In this document: in pieces, positions 50,301 to 57,876 of the stretch
How the letters are laid out: the number at the start of each line of letters is the position of its first letter
How positions within the stretch are numbered: the first letter of the stretch is position 1
From: an uncultured bacterium
Lineage (GTDB): Bacteria > Verrucomicrobiota > Verrucomicrobiia > Verrucomicrobiales > DEV007
DNA: 64,000 nucleotides
Direction of reading: 5' to 3'
Assembly (NCBI GenBank): GCA_963977015.1
Contig: CAXBMO010000025.1
Location: 27,505 to 91,504 of the forward strand
Notes under the pieces: generated by a model
Databases searched by the model: none
What the model was told of the DNA's origin: nothing
Seen by the model: the letters and a program-made list of their open reading frames with translations, nothing else
Program-made: the position numbers and the translations under genes

Positions 50301-52550
50301 GAGTATCCCACTCCGGCAGCAACCAACCCTGTCGATCAAGCCCATGAATTGGCAACCATGCGGACGATCATGGCAGAAAAGTCCGATGCCCGGGTTATCA
50401 TGGGAGGAAAGTCCTGGCCCAACGGAGACGGCGAGTATCAGGGTGGCTATCTCGGCCGCTTACCGGGTCAGGCCGAAGAAGCGATCAAACATCTGCTGGC
50501 AGGAAAACCGATCTATGTTGCCGGAGGATTCGGCGGTGCCTCTGAGATGGTTTCGAATGCCCTGCAGGGACAACTCGAATTCCTACCCAAAGAATATGAG
50601 CCCCAAAAAGCCAACGACATCTATCGGAATTTTTGTAGCGAATACGACCTAAGACATCCACTGAAACTGAAAGATCCCACGCCAAGTAGTTTGGACGAAC
50701 TCTGGGACCTCTTTTCGGATTTCGGAAGAGGCGTCTTCCACGACAAAGACGCCAAGCACCCTGATGAGCAAATCGCCTGGATCGATAATGGGCTGAGCCC
50801 GAGCGAAAATCGGCGTCTGTTTCAAGCCGTGGAATATGACGAGATCGGCTACCTCGTCACCAAAGGTCTCCGGACCCTTGCCAAGGCAAAGAGTGAGGAT
50901 AGTGCTCATCAAAAGCAGCTCCAAATTTCTCTGTTTAACGGTCCGCTTGAGGAAGCCCTCGACATCGAAGCTTATGCCGTCTGGGTTCTCGGGAGCGCAA
51001 CCCTACGCGGCGCGGATGGGGCGCTCGATACCAAGATGGAAGGGGGGCTTCGCCGAGCACTGGAGGAAGGCGAAAAGGACACCACCAAACGTAACCCAAT
51101 TTTACCGACCCATAGCGACCAACTTTTTGGCGACTACGTGATCCTCCAGCAAATGGGAGACTTCAGCGAACTCCTGGAAAAACCCGCCAATGAAACCAAT
51201 TTCTGGCTCATGCGGCAGGTCGAAGGTGGCGTGTGTGAAATCGTTAGCCGGGCCGCCCAGCATGGGGTCGAATCCCTCGCTCTGGTTCCCTTCGCCGTAA
51301 ACCTCGGTCTGGAGCCAAAACAATCCGTCGAGGCGATTCTCAACGGGTTGCTCCAGATGCAAACCGCGGAATCGGCTCAGGAAGGCGGCAACCATCGGTT
51401 AAACAGTGTGACCGTCTGCGAGAACGATTCCGGCCGATATCAGTTGATTCTTGATTTCTTCCGTTCCGAGGAAAAACGCAAAGAGAGGGCCATTGCCGTC
51501 CAGGAACTTCCTCCCAAAATTTCTGTGCAGGATCGCTCGCCGTTGTTTCTCAGTATTCGAGAAAACGAAGGGGCGTGGCTGCAGTTCGCTCGGGCCCCGG
51601 GAAGCAGCGGCGCAGTCCCCCATGACCCGGTTCGGATCGAGGCATCCGCCACCACACTCGCAGAACTAGCCGCGGACGACTCATCGTCCCCGCACTTCGA
51701 ACATCAGGCAGACTGGGGCTCAACCCTCGCGCGCCAACTTTTCTCCGGAAACGTCGCCGACGCGATTCAACAAAATCGAGACCGCCCCTGGGACATCCTC
51801 CACGACGAACAAGCCTCCACCATTCCGTTTGAACTGCTCTGTTTCGATGTGCCCGGTGCCGAACCTTTCCGTCCCGCACTCGATTGTGGCATGCGGCGGG
51901 GACTGCTCACTGGTAGCCTTCCCAGCCTGCCGTCCTACCGACGGCGAGGCTCCTCCATCCAGCTCCTGCTCGTCGCAAACCCGACCGGAGATCTTGCGGG
52001 AGCAGAACGCGAGGCGCAGGCCATCATGGACGCGTTCAAAGATTCCACCAACATCGTCGTCACCGCGATGCCGACTGATGGCAGCGTGACCAAGGACGGC
52101 GTGATGAACATCCTCCGAACGAACAGCTTCGACCTGGTCCACTACGCCGGTCACGGCAATTTCGACCCCGCCGATCCCTCCCGGAACGGGCTCAAGTTCG
52201 ATCAAAACGCCTTTCTCACTGCGGCGGACCTCTCCACCCTCCCGCCCGATTCCGTTCCCATGCTGGTGTTTCTCAACGCCTGCCAGGTGGGCAATGTCAC
52301 CAACACGGCAAAAGGCGGCGCCAGCCTCGCCCAATCCATTTTGCGTGCCGGCGTCCGGGGCTTTCTCTCCAACCGGTGGAATGTTTCCGATCATTCGGCC
52401 GAGTTGTTTGCCATCTCCCTCTATCGCGATTTGATCGAAGAACGCCCCCTAGGCGAGGCGATCACCCGCGCCCGGAGCAAGCTCTTCGCCAGCAAGCGCG
52501 CCGACTGGGCCAACTACGTGTTCTACGGATCTCCAGAGATTCGGCTTTGA
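47397..52550 (+). CDS. Multidomain class 3 lipase - TIR - SLOG - macro-like - CHAT (caspase-like) protein
   Basis: Lipase: VGFRGT, VHQGF, LTGHSYGG, YTFGQP, DVITKLP. TIR: IFISYARAD..SPYCQAE. SLOG: LGYGGH..MR..SDARVIMGGK..PGQAEE..YVAGGFGGA. CHAT: VHYAGHG, VFLNAC, WANYVFYG. Start codon uncertain (TTG 47397 or ATG 47445). Confidence 0.85.
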   Translation: MTKPASFDEDAEQQEDMEPLLESLANRSFNWAKAHALAKVSDLCYEDPAQGQAIALSKWGFQTCQFFKVGDTQGLVASTPDALVVGFRGTKEPRTWLKNIQIQTVEEPYYRVHQGFFKGFNLVRDIVWEKMEAVEPNSKMLWLTGHSYGGALATILATEFSGTYKPDGIYTFGQPCTGKEDFAYYFDWHFHGRSFRFVYGDDVITKLPPGYSHVKSLVQLGDQRSSANPQGPELLTNSEFDQLQQELEDEELRGKALGLLGKLVDHDLELYLNKLEEKLLQEPDLTKRWAKPDLAIPRLLKSPIKTAKAAPPKPPPYLAKLEALRRKQPESLFPSPAEQAPLSVHIVWSQHEAKDGPSPVVAKSLFEFLSHRLENQPNLEAGVGIPVYAGHHFDAVEKKIANLQEWIKGYDLQLRSYANADALPQSGRSLAVMARSGEGLLFKGFDSNGEPFERSEADIPSRLDGQRHQLRKLLDSIFLNKEEEDLSVESRQTLLDSMTTLLSLPPLRLKDHREMERLSASLVVVVLLDKNASVDDELKAFANRIFYLEESLRKKVHVIPVILNATSSIHLPSSLIASAGAAFLPNYQEKAKLVCHEVAVEICHLLMNNKDAADIEEQKRVRIFISYARADEERSGGLATKIRDRIGKSRLKSFFDKYDLDRGESLDQLSENQKRCLTLVVRTDSYAESPYCQAELLKAKQLGMPLVFINALSKGEDRGLVYGGNSINLVAEGGKVDERFLDECLDACLKAWLRHLHFGLAARVTFNRQDIPLQPTYLSRPPELLDFAQGPLSGQQRMVLIYPDPPLPLTETDLMRKNYPNVRFATPSMLAPDILRKTPVPPLDGWQIALSLSDSPDLAADIEHVSVDLKGSREAGLLRAHLNGAIAYLTLALARSGAELGYGGHLNSMGHTQLISDLIKAHRRSRASKGESFLLHSYVAAFLWEDNLKKKDNDDQKRWIEAHFHRIPEYPTPAATNPVDQAHELATMRTIMAEKSDARVIMGGKSWPNGDGEYQGGYLGRLPGQAEEAIKHLLAGKPIYVAGGFGGASEMVSNALQGQLEFLPKEYEPQKANDIYRNFCSEYDLRHPLKLKDPTPSSLDELWDLFSDFGRGVFHDKDAKHPDEQIAWIDNGLSPSENRRLFQAVEYDEIGYLVTKGLRTLAKAKSEDSAHQKQLQISLFNGPLEEALDIEAYAVWVLGSATLRGADGALDTKMEGGLRRALEEGEKDTTKRNPILPTHSDQLFGDYVILQQMGDFSELLEKPANETNFWLMRQVEGGVCEIVSRAAQHGVESLALVPFAVNLGLEPKQSVEAILNGLLQMQTAESAQEGGNHRLNSVTVCENDSGRYQLILDFFRSEEKRKERAIAVQELPPKISVQDRSPLFLSIRENEGAWLQFARAPGSSGAVPHDPVRIEASATTLAELAADDSSSPHFEHQADWGSTLARQLFSGNVADAIQQNRDRPWDILHDEQASTIPFELLCFDVPGAEPFRPALDCGMRRGLLTGSLPSLPSYRRRGSSIQLLLVANPTGDLAGAEREAQAIMDAFKDSTNIVVTAMPTDGSVTKDGVMNILRTNSFDLVHYAGHGNFDPADPSRNGLKFDQNAFLTAADLSTLPPDSVPMLVFLNACQVGNVTNTAKGGASLAQSILRAGVRGFLSNRWNVSDHSAELFAISLYRDLIEERPLGEAITRARSKLFASKRADWANYVFYGSPEIRL

Positions 52551-52737
52551 TGCTGGTTGGAGTCAACATCTTTGGTCATGCTATGATTTTGGGCCTTCGT
52601 GTCTCAGCTATGATTGGTTAAAAAGGGGATTCTCTGAGCACAATGGTCTGATTCGTCCACACCACTCTTTGCCAGAATGGAATCCTAAGCAGTTGCCAAA
52701 ATTTCTTACTCACCTTACTTGAGGTGCAAGAGAGCTG

Positions 52738-54096
52738 ATGACAACAAATTTTGCCAACGACATTTTCATTAGTTATGCTAGGGATGACAACGCAGAAATC
52801 GTGCCTGGCGATCCGCTATCAAGCTGGGTTACTGCGTTCAAGCGCCACTTGAAGGGAGAGATTCGGAGGCAGTTTGGTATAGAAGCCCGAATCTGGATGG
52901 ATGACGAAGATTACGGGGGGCAGCAACGCGATGAGAAAATCCTGCAGAATGTGGAGCAGTCTGCACTTCTATTCATCATCCTTTCTCCCACCTACATTAA
53001 GCGTCCTTGGTGCAGAGAGGAACGCCATGCGTTTCTTAGAACTGCGGGTGGACCGAGGGCTGCAGAAAATCGAATTTTCGTTATCCGAACGCGACTTACT
53101 GAGGAGAAAACGGTCCCTGACGAACTAAGGGGTATAAAGGGTTACACCTTTTTCCGAGAGACCAATGGCGGTGGCAGTATTCGCTTCGGTGATCCGCCAA
53201 GGGAGGAATACGCGCGCGACTATTACGGAGCCTTCCTTGACCTTGTCCCTGACGCGGCTCATGAAATCAAGCGCCTAAATCGTTCGCTTGAAGCAGAACC
53301 CGGAAGCAGCATCTATCTCGCCCAATGCCAACAGAGCCTACGAAGCAATAGGGTTCAGCTTGCCAATCGACTCAACGATGCGGGTTTTAGAATTTTTCCA
53401 GAACGCTATTATGAATCAGATGCGGCCGCGATTTACACCGATCTCTCGAAATGCTCCGCTTTCATTCAACTGGTTGATGAACGATTTGAGGAAGCCGATC
53501 AGCTACAATGGGAAGCGGCGTGTAAAACTGGGATCGCAACACTACGATGGCGAAGTATCGAGCCCCAACTAAACCCCAACATTGATGCACCTGACATTCG
53601 CAAAGACGATTTCGAAGATTTTCAAAGCGATGTTGTTAGGATCATTAGAGAGTTGGATTCCCAGGCTGCTGTCGTGAATTGTCTAAGCGAGAAGCGGAAC
53701 GGAACCACCGTTCCCACCGCGAGCATACCGGGAAACGTGCTCATATTGAGAGCGCAAGGAGATGCCAGGCTAGCGGATAGGGCCAGCATGGAGTTAGCGG
53801 ATTTCGGTGTCGACAATGAGGTCTTGGATAAAGAATTTCCGCTCAGCACGATAGCTGACTCGTCGGACTACTGCGGCTTAGTGGTAACAGTAGGTCAACG
53901 CTCGGAGAAATGGGCGCGTACACAACTTAGCGAGATGCGGAGATTGTCGATCGCGCGCAAAATGCCTCCACCCTTGTGTGCCGCATACAAAGATAAAGAA
54001 GACGACGATTGTTTTCTTCCTCTAAGGTTCAAAGGCTTATACGACCTCCCAGATAACTGGAAGCCGTTTTTATCGCAGTTGGGAATTCAAGACTGA
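52738..54096 (+). CDS. TIR-domain protein with a second TIR/DUF4062-like domain
   Basis: DIFISYARDDN..IWMD..ILSPTYIKRPWCREE; second unit IYLAQCQQSLRSNRVQL..LSKCSAFIQLV. Confidence 0.85.
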   Translation: MTTNFANDIFISYARDDNAEIVPGDPLSSWVTAFKRHLKGEIRRQFGIEARIWMDDEDYGGQQRDEKILQNVEQSALLFIILSPTYIKRPWCREERHAFLRTAGGPRAAENRIFVIRTRLTEEKTVPDELRGIKGYTFFRETNGGGSIRFGDPPREEYARDYYGAFLDLVPDAAHEIKRLNRSLEAEPGSSIYLAQCQQSLRSNRVQLANRLNDAGFRIFPERYYESDAAAIYTDLSKCSAFIQLVDERFEEADQLQWEAACKTGIATLRWRSIEPQLNPNIDAPDIRKDDFEDFQSDVVRIIRELDSQAAVVNCLSEKRNGTTVPTASIPGNVLILRAQGDARLADRASMELADFGVDNEVLDKEFPLSTIADSSDYCGLVVTVGQRSEKWARTQLSEMRRLSIARKMPPPLCAAYKDKEDDDCFLPLRFKGLYDLPDNWKPFLSQLGIQD

Positions 54097-54099
54097 TCG

Positions 54100-56871
54100 A
54101 TGTCCCCGCCACTCCCACCATATCCGTTCCTTGGGTTGCGTCCGTTTACCACAGCGGAAAGCTCGATTTTTTTCGGCCGCGCTGCTCAGATCGAAACGAT
54201 GCTATTGAAACTTCAGGACCATCGGTTTCTTGCGGTAGTCGGCGCCAGCGGCTCGGGCAAATCCTCCTTGGTTCGTGCTGGACTGCTACCTGCCTTGGAA
54301 GCCGGGATGCTGGACGCGAGAGAAAATTGGCAAATCGTTATTACCAACCCCGGCAGCAGCCCAATTGCAAATCTAGCGAACTCGCTAGAAGGGACATCCA
54401 CCCCAGATCCCAAGCGCTCTGCGCAAATCGAAGCCGAGTTGCGTCGTGGACCACACGGTCTCCTTTCAGTGCTTCGCCGTAGAGCTCAAGATTCTGGACC
54501 TATCCTCATACTCGTCGATCAATTTGAGGAGTTGTTTCGCTATCGACGCCGGAGTCAAGGTGGTGCAAAACGCAACGAATCCGCTGCATTTGTTAATCTT
54601 CTCCTCGATGTGACGAAGCAGGAACGAATGCCAGTTTTCGTAGTCGTCACAATGCGCTCTGATTTTTTGGGCGATTGCAACGCATTTTACGGTCTGCCCG
54701 AAGCGATGAATGAATCTCAGTTTCTGACGCCACGCCTCACCCCAGATCAAATTCGAGAGGCGATCACTGGACCGCTGAAGCAATTTCGCGCTAATTGGGA
54801 GCCGCAATTCCTTGATCGGGTAGTCAATGATATGGTAGCGGATGTCGATCAATTGCCCCTGATGGAGCATTGCCTGATGCGATGTTGGTGGCGGGCGCAG
54901 CGGCGTTCGACTAGCGAAACGGAAAGCCTGACGCTAACGCTTAGCGATTACGAGTTTGTTGGTGGAATTGACCAAGCTCTTTCCAACCATGCTGATGAAG
55001 TCTATCTCGAATTAAAAAGGGAAAATGACGATGACTTGTCCAAGGATGAGGATGAAAACTATCTCCAACTGAAGCGCGACAAAGCCAAGGAAAGGGAAAG
55101 GATTGCTAAGCATCTCTTTCGCAGCCTGTGTGTTCCTGGCGCAGACAAGCGATACACCAGGTGGCCGGTCAGCGTTGCTGAAATTGCCGCAAAATGCGAC
55201 TGCGAGGAGAACGATGTTCGAGAGGTCGTGAAGGTCTTTGCGAATGGATCTAAACAATCCGATGAGCCTCGACATTTCATCTTCGAACATCCAACCGAGC
55301 AACTGCTCGACATCAGCCACGAGGCGATCATGTGGCAGTGGTCAACATTGAAAGAATGGCTTCAGGAACAACCGGAGAGTTCCCAATCCCGACTGCCACT
55401 CAATAGAGATGAGGATTCTATTGAAGAGAAGGAAAATTCCCAAAGCCAAACAACAAAGAGCAAGCTTCCATTCACAGACCCGGTTAAAGACCGTATCCAC
55501 TTGTACCGCGGCCTTACTCCAGCCTCAATATTTCTTCTAGGTGATCTTTCTAATTTTGAAACAAATCATACCAGTGAGGTGATTCAGCGCGTCATTCTTT
55601 CGGGTGAAGCGAACTTGATGCAGAATTCCCATGGAGAAATCGGGATTGATCTGAATATACCTTGTAGGGTTTTCAACATCCCGCCCCCCCCGGGGGGCAC
55701 CAGCGTCGAAAATCAATCTGAGTTTGATCTGGAAGTCATCGCCAGCTTAGTCAGGTCGTGCGAGATCCCTTTTATCGTCCTGATTTTGAGCCCTGTTCCG
55801 GGCGGGTCGACAGAAAGCTCACAAGAGCGAATATCTAACCGCCACTTGGCTGAGACTCTTGGCCGAATTCGCAACAGTTGCCAACGGTCTGAGGAGGACG
55901 AACCTCACGTCCTCGTACTCAATCCGAATTGGGACCGGCAGTTCTGGGAAAAAGAGCAAGGGTTAGCTTACCCGGGAGGCACCGGAGACTTTTTCGAACT
56001 CTACACCGCGGAGCGAACGATCGAAAATCCGTTGCGTCGCCACTACTTCGCCTTGCGGGTCCTTTTTGAACTGCAGCGGGCGCTTTTCACGGCAAACCAA
56101 CCCATTCCAGCGGGCAAAGACGCGAACGGCAAGGAAGTGTCGGTAAAGATCTTCATCAGCCATGCCAATAGGGACGGCATACCACTGGCTTCCGCCCTGC
56201 GTTCCCAGTTCCACGACATGGCATGGCTGGAGCGTTTTTACGATTTCGAAGTTCTCAAACCCGGCCAGACGGATTGGCAGGACGTGCTGAAGTACGCCGG
56301 CCACGAAAGCCTTCTTCTCGTGCTTCGCACAAATGCCTTCGATCAGCGTCCCTGGTGCCTCCAGACAGTGATGTGGGCCGAAAAATATGCTCGCCCGATC
56401 GTCATTATAGATGCCCGCTCTAGTGGAACACAACTATCCTCTACATTCCCCTATAACGCCAGCAACGCAGTCGTCGTTCCTGGTGACGACACCCTGCGTG
56501 TCCTCACCGTTTGCATGCGCGAGTTACTGCGCAGTTCTCTGGCTTCTCACATGGCGCCCAACAAAACCGACGCCACGGTGTTTCTTCCACGAACGCCTAC
56601 TCTTACTTCCCTCTACACGGCAATGAACCTAATCGAAGAGAAAGGGAGTTCCAAGCCGCCCGTTATCGTCTATGCGGGACCACCTCTGGAAGACGGCGTT
56701 CGCCGAGCCGCCCAAGAGTTACTGCGCAGCCTTCGCCCCGATTCGTCTCTCTTCACCCTAGCCGAATACCGCGCCGCCTCCGCGATCGACGGTTTGCCCG
56801 TTGCTGAAACCCGACCCAATTCCACGTTGGTCACCCCTCCCCCTACCGAACCCGGCTCCGAACCGTCATGA
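54100..56871 (+). CDS. nSTAND1-type P-loop NTPase fused to a C-terminal (probably inactive) TIR module
   Basis: PFLGLRPF..FFGR, GASGSGKSSLVRAG (Walker A), ILVDQFEELF (Walker B), TMRSDF, LPLM, ISHEAI..W..LKEW; TIR KIFISHANRDG..RPWCLQTV. Confidence 0.87.
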   Translation: MSPPLPPYPFLGLRPFTTAESSIFFGRAAQIETMLLKLQDHRFLAVVGASGSGKSSLVRAGLLPALEAGMLDARENWQIVITNPGSSPIANLANSLEGTSTPDPKRSAQIEAELRRGPHGLLSVLRRRAQDSGPILILVDQFEELFRYRRRSQGGAKRNESAAFVNLLLDVTKQERMPVFVVVTMRSDFLGDCNAFYGLPEAMNESQFLTPRLTPDQIREAITGPLKQFRANWEPQFLDRVVNDMVADVDQLPLMEHCLMRCWWRAQRRSTSETESLTLTLSDYEFVGGIDQALSNHADEVYLELKRENDDDLSKDEDENYLQLKRDKAKERERIAKHLFRSLCVPGADKRYTRWPVSVAEIAAKCDCEENDVREVVKVFANGSKQSDEPRHFIFEHPTEQLLDISHEAIMWQWSTLKEWLQEQPESSQSRLPLNRDEDSIEEKENSQSQTTKSKLPFTDPVKDRIHLYRGLTPASIFLLGDLSNFETNHTSEVIQRVILSGEANLMQNSHGEIGIDLNIPCRVFNIPPPPGGTSVENQSEFDLEVIASLVRSCEIPFIVLILSPVPGGSTESSQERISNRHLAETLGRIRNSCQRSEEDEPHVLVLNPNWDRQFWEKEQGLAYPGGTGDFFELYTAERTIENPLRRHYFALRVLFELQRALFTANQPIPAGKDANGKEVSVKIFISHANRDGIPLASALRSQFHDMAWLERFYDFEVLKPGQTDWQDVLKYAGHESLLLVLRTNAFDQRPWCLQTVMWAEKYARPIVIIDARSSGTQLSSTFPYNASNAVVVPGDDTLRVLTVCMRELLRSSLASHMAPNKTDATVFLPRTPTLTSLYTAMNLIEEKGSSKPPVIVYAGPPLEDGVRRAAQELLRSLRPDSSLFTLAEYRAASAIDGLPVAETRPNSTLVTPPPTEPGSEPS

Positions 56872-57743
56872 TCGATTCCAATTCTCCCAGCGTTTTGAAA
56901 CGAAGCCTGAAAAGTCGCGTTATCGGCATCTCCGCTAGCCTCGGCGAGAACCATGCCGCATTTGGTATGAAACAAGACGAATTGGACCGTGTCCTGAGTC
57001 GACTTTGCGAGGCACTCCTCGGGCACGGAGCCAGGCTCGCGTTTGGCCATGATTGGCGGCCAGACGGCGTTATGGACGTGATTGTCTCCATGGCCCTGCA
57101 ATACAAACTCCAGGTTGCCGCCGGAAGCGATCCCCGCGACCTCAAAGAACCTCGAGTCAAGAACTTTGTTCATTCTGAGACCCAGTCTGCCATGCCAGCC
57201 GAGGTGCGTGGTGAGCTGCAAGGCTTGGTCGAAGTTTATCAATGCGAGAAGGTCCAGGATGGATCCCTCGATCGCGTTCCCGCAGAGACCCGCTTCCGGC
57301 TGGCGCTGCTGGCGATGCGCGGCGAGTTGGTCGCATCTTCCGATACCCTGATTAGTATCGGTGGTCCCACCTTCAAATATGCGGGATGGTTCCCCGGCAT
57401 TCTCGAAGAAGTCCTGCGCAATCTCCAAGCCGGACATGGTGTCTTTCTCTGTCGCTCGTTCGGCGGGATTACCGCGATGCTTTATGATGCGTATCTCAGT
57501 GACGATCCGGAAGCTAAGGACGCAGCTCGAAAGATTCTTAGCGAACGGATGAATGAGGGGCTGGTGGAAATGGCGACCGTGCTTGGAACTGACCATGAGG
57601 CCTATGGTAAAGTTTACGAGTTGTGGGATGTGTTGAAGCGTTGGGAAACCCGGAAAGTCGGCGGAACCATGGCTCTCGATGCCGACACCATCGTGACTGA
57701 GTTTCTTATCTGGGACAAGGAGCAGATCCACCACGATTGGTAG
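56868..57743 (+). CDS. Stand-alone SLOG-domain protein
   Basis: IGISAS, GARLAFGHDWRPDG, LLAMR..SDTLISIGG..YAGWFPGILEE..CRSFGG; ATGA-coupled to the STAND gene; resembles the SLOG in 47397-52550. Confidence 0.78.
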   Translation: MIDSNSPSVLKRSLKSRVIGISASLGENHAAFGMKQDELDRVLSRLCEALLGHGARLAFGHDWRPDGVMDVIVSMALQYKLQVAAGSDPRDLKEPRVKNFVHSETQSAMPAEVRGELQGLVEVYQCEKVQDGSLDRVPAETRFRLALLAMRGELVASSDTLISIGGPTFKYAGWFPGILEEVLRNLQAGHGVFLCRSFGGITAMLYDAYLSDDPEAKDAARKILSERMNEGLVEMATVLGTDHEAYGKVYELWDVLKRWETRKVGGTMALDADTIVTEFLIWDKEQIHHDW

Positions 57744-57876
57744 ATTCTCTTGTCCGTAAAGGACGACCCGGAATTCACTCCGCTAGTGAAAAAAAGAAAC
57801 TGGCTTCTTTCATTTTCTTCGTGCAAAGCAAGACCGAATCTGATAGGCACTTTATCAGTTCTATTTAGGAGGTAGC

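Noticed and set aside
55681-55698. C-run/G-run (CCGCCCCCCCCGGGGGGC) as a phase-variation tract
   Set aside because: It encodes PPPPGG in an intact frame; short runs like this are unremarkable without read evidence.
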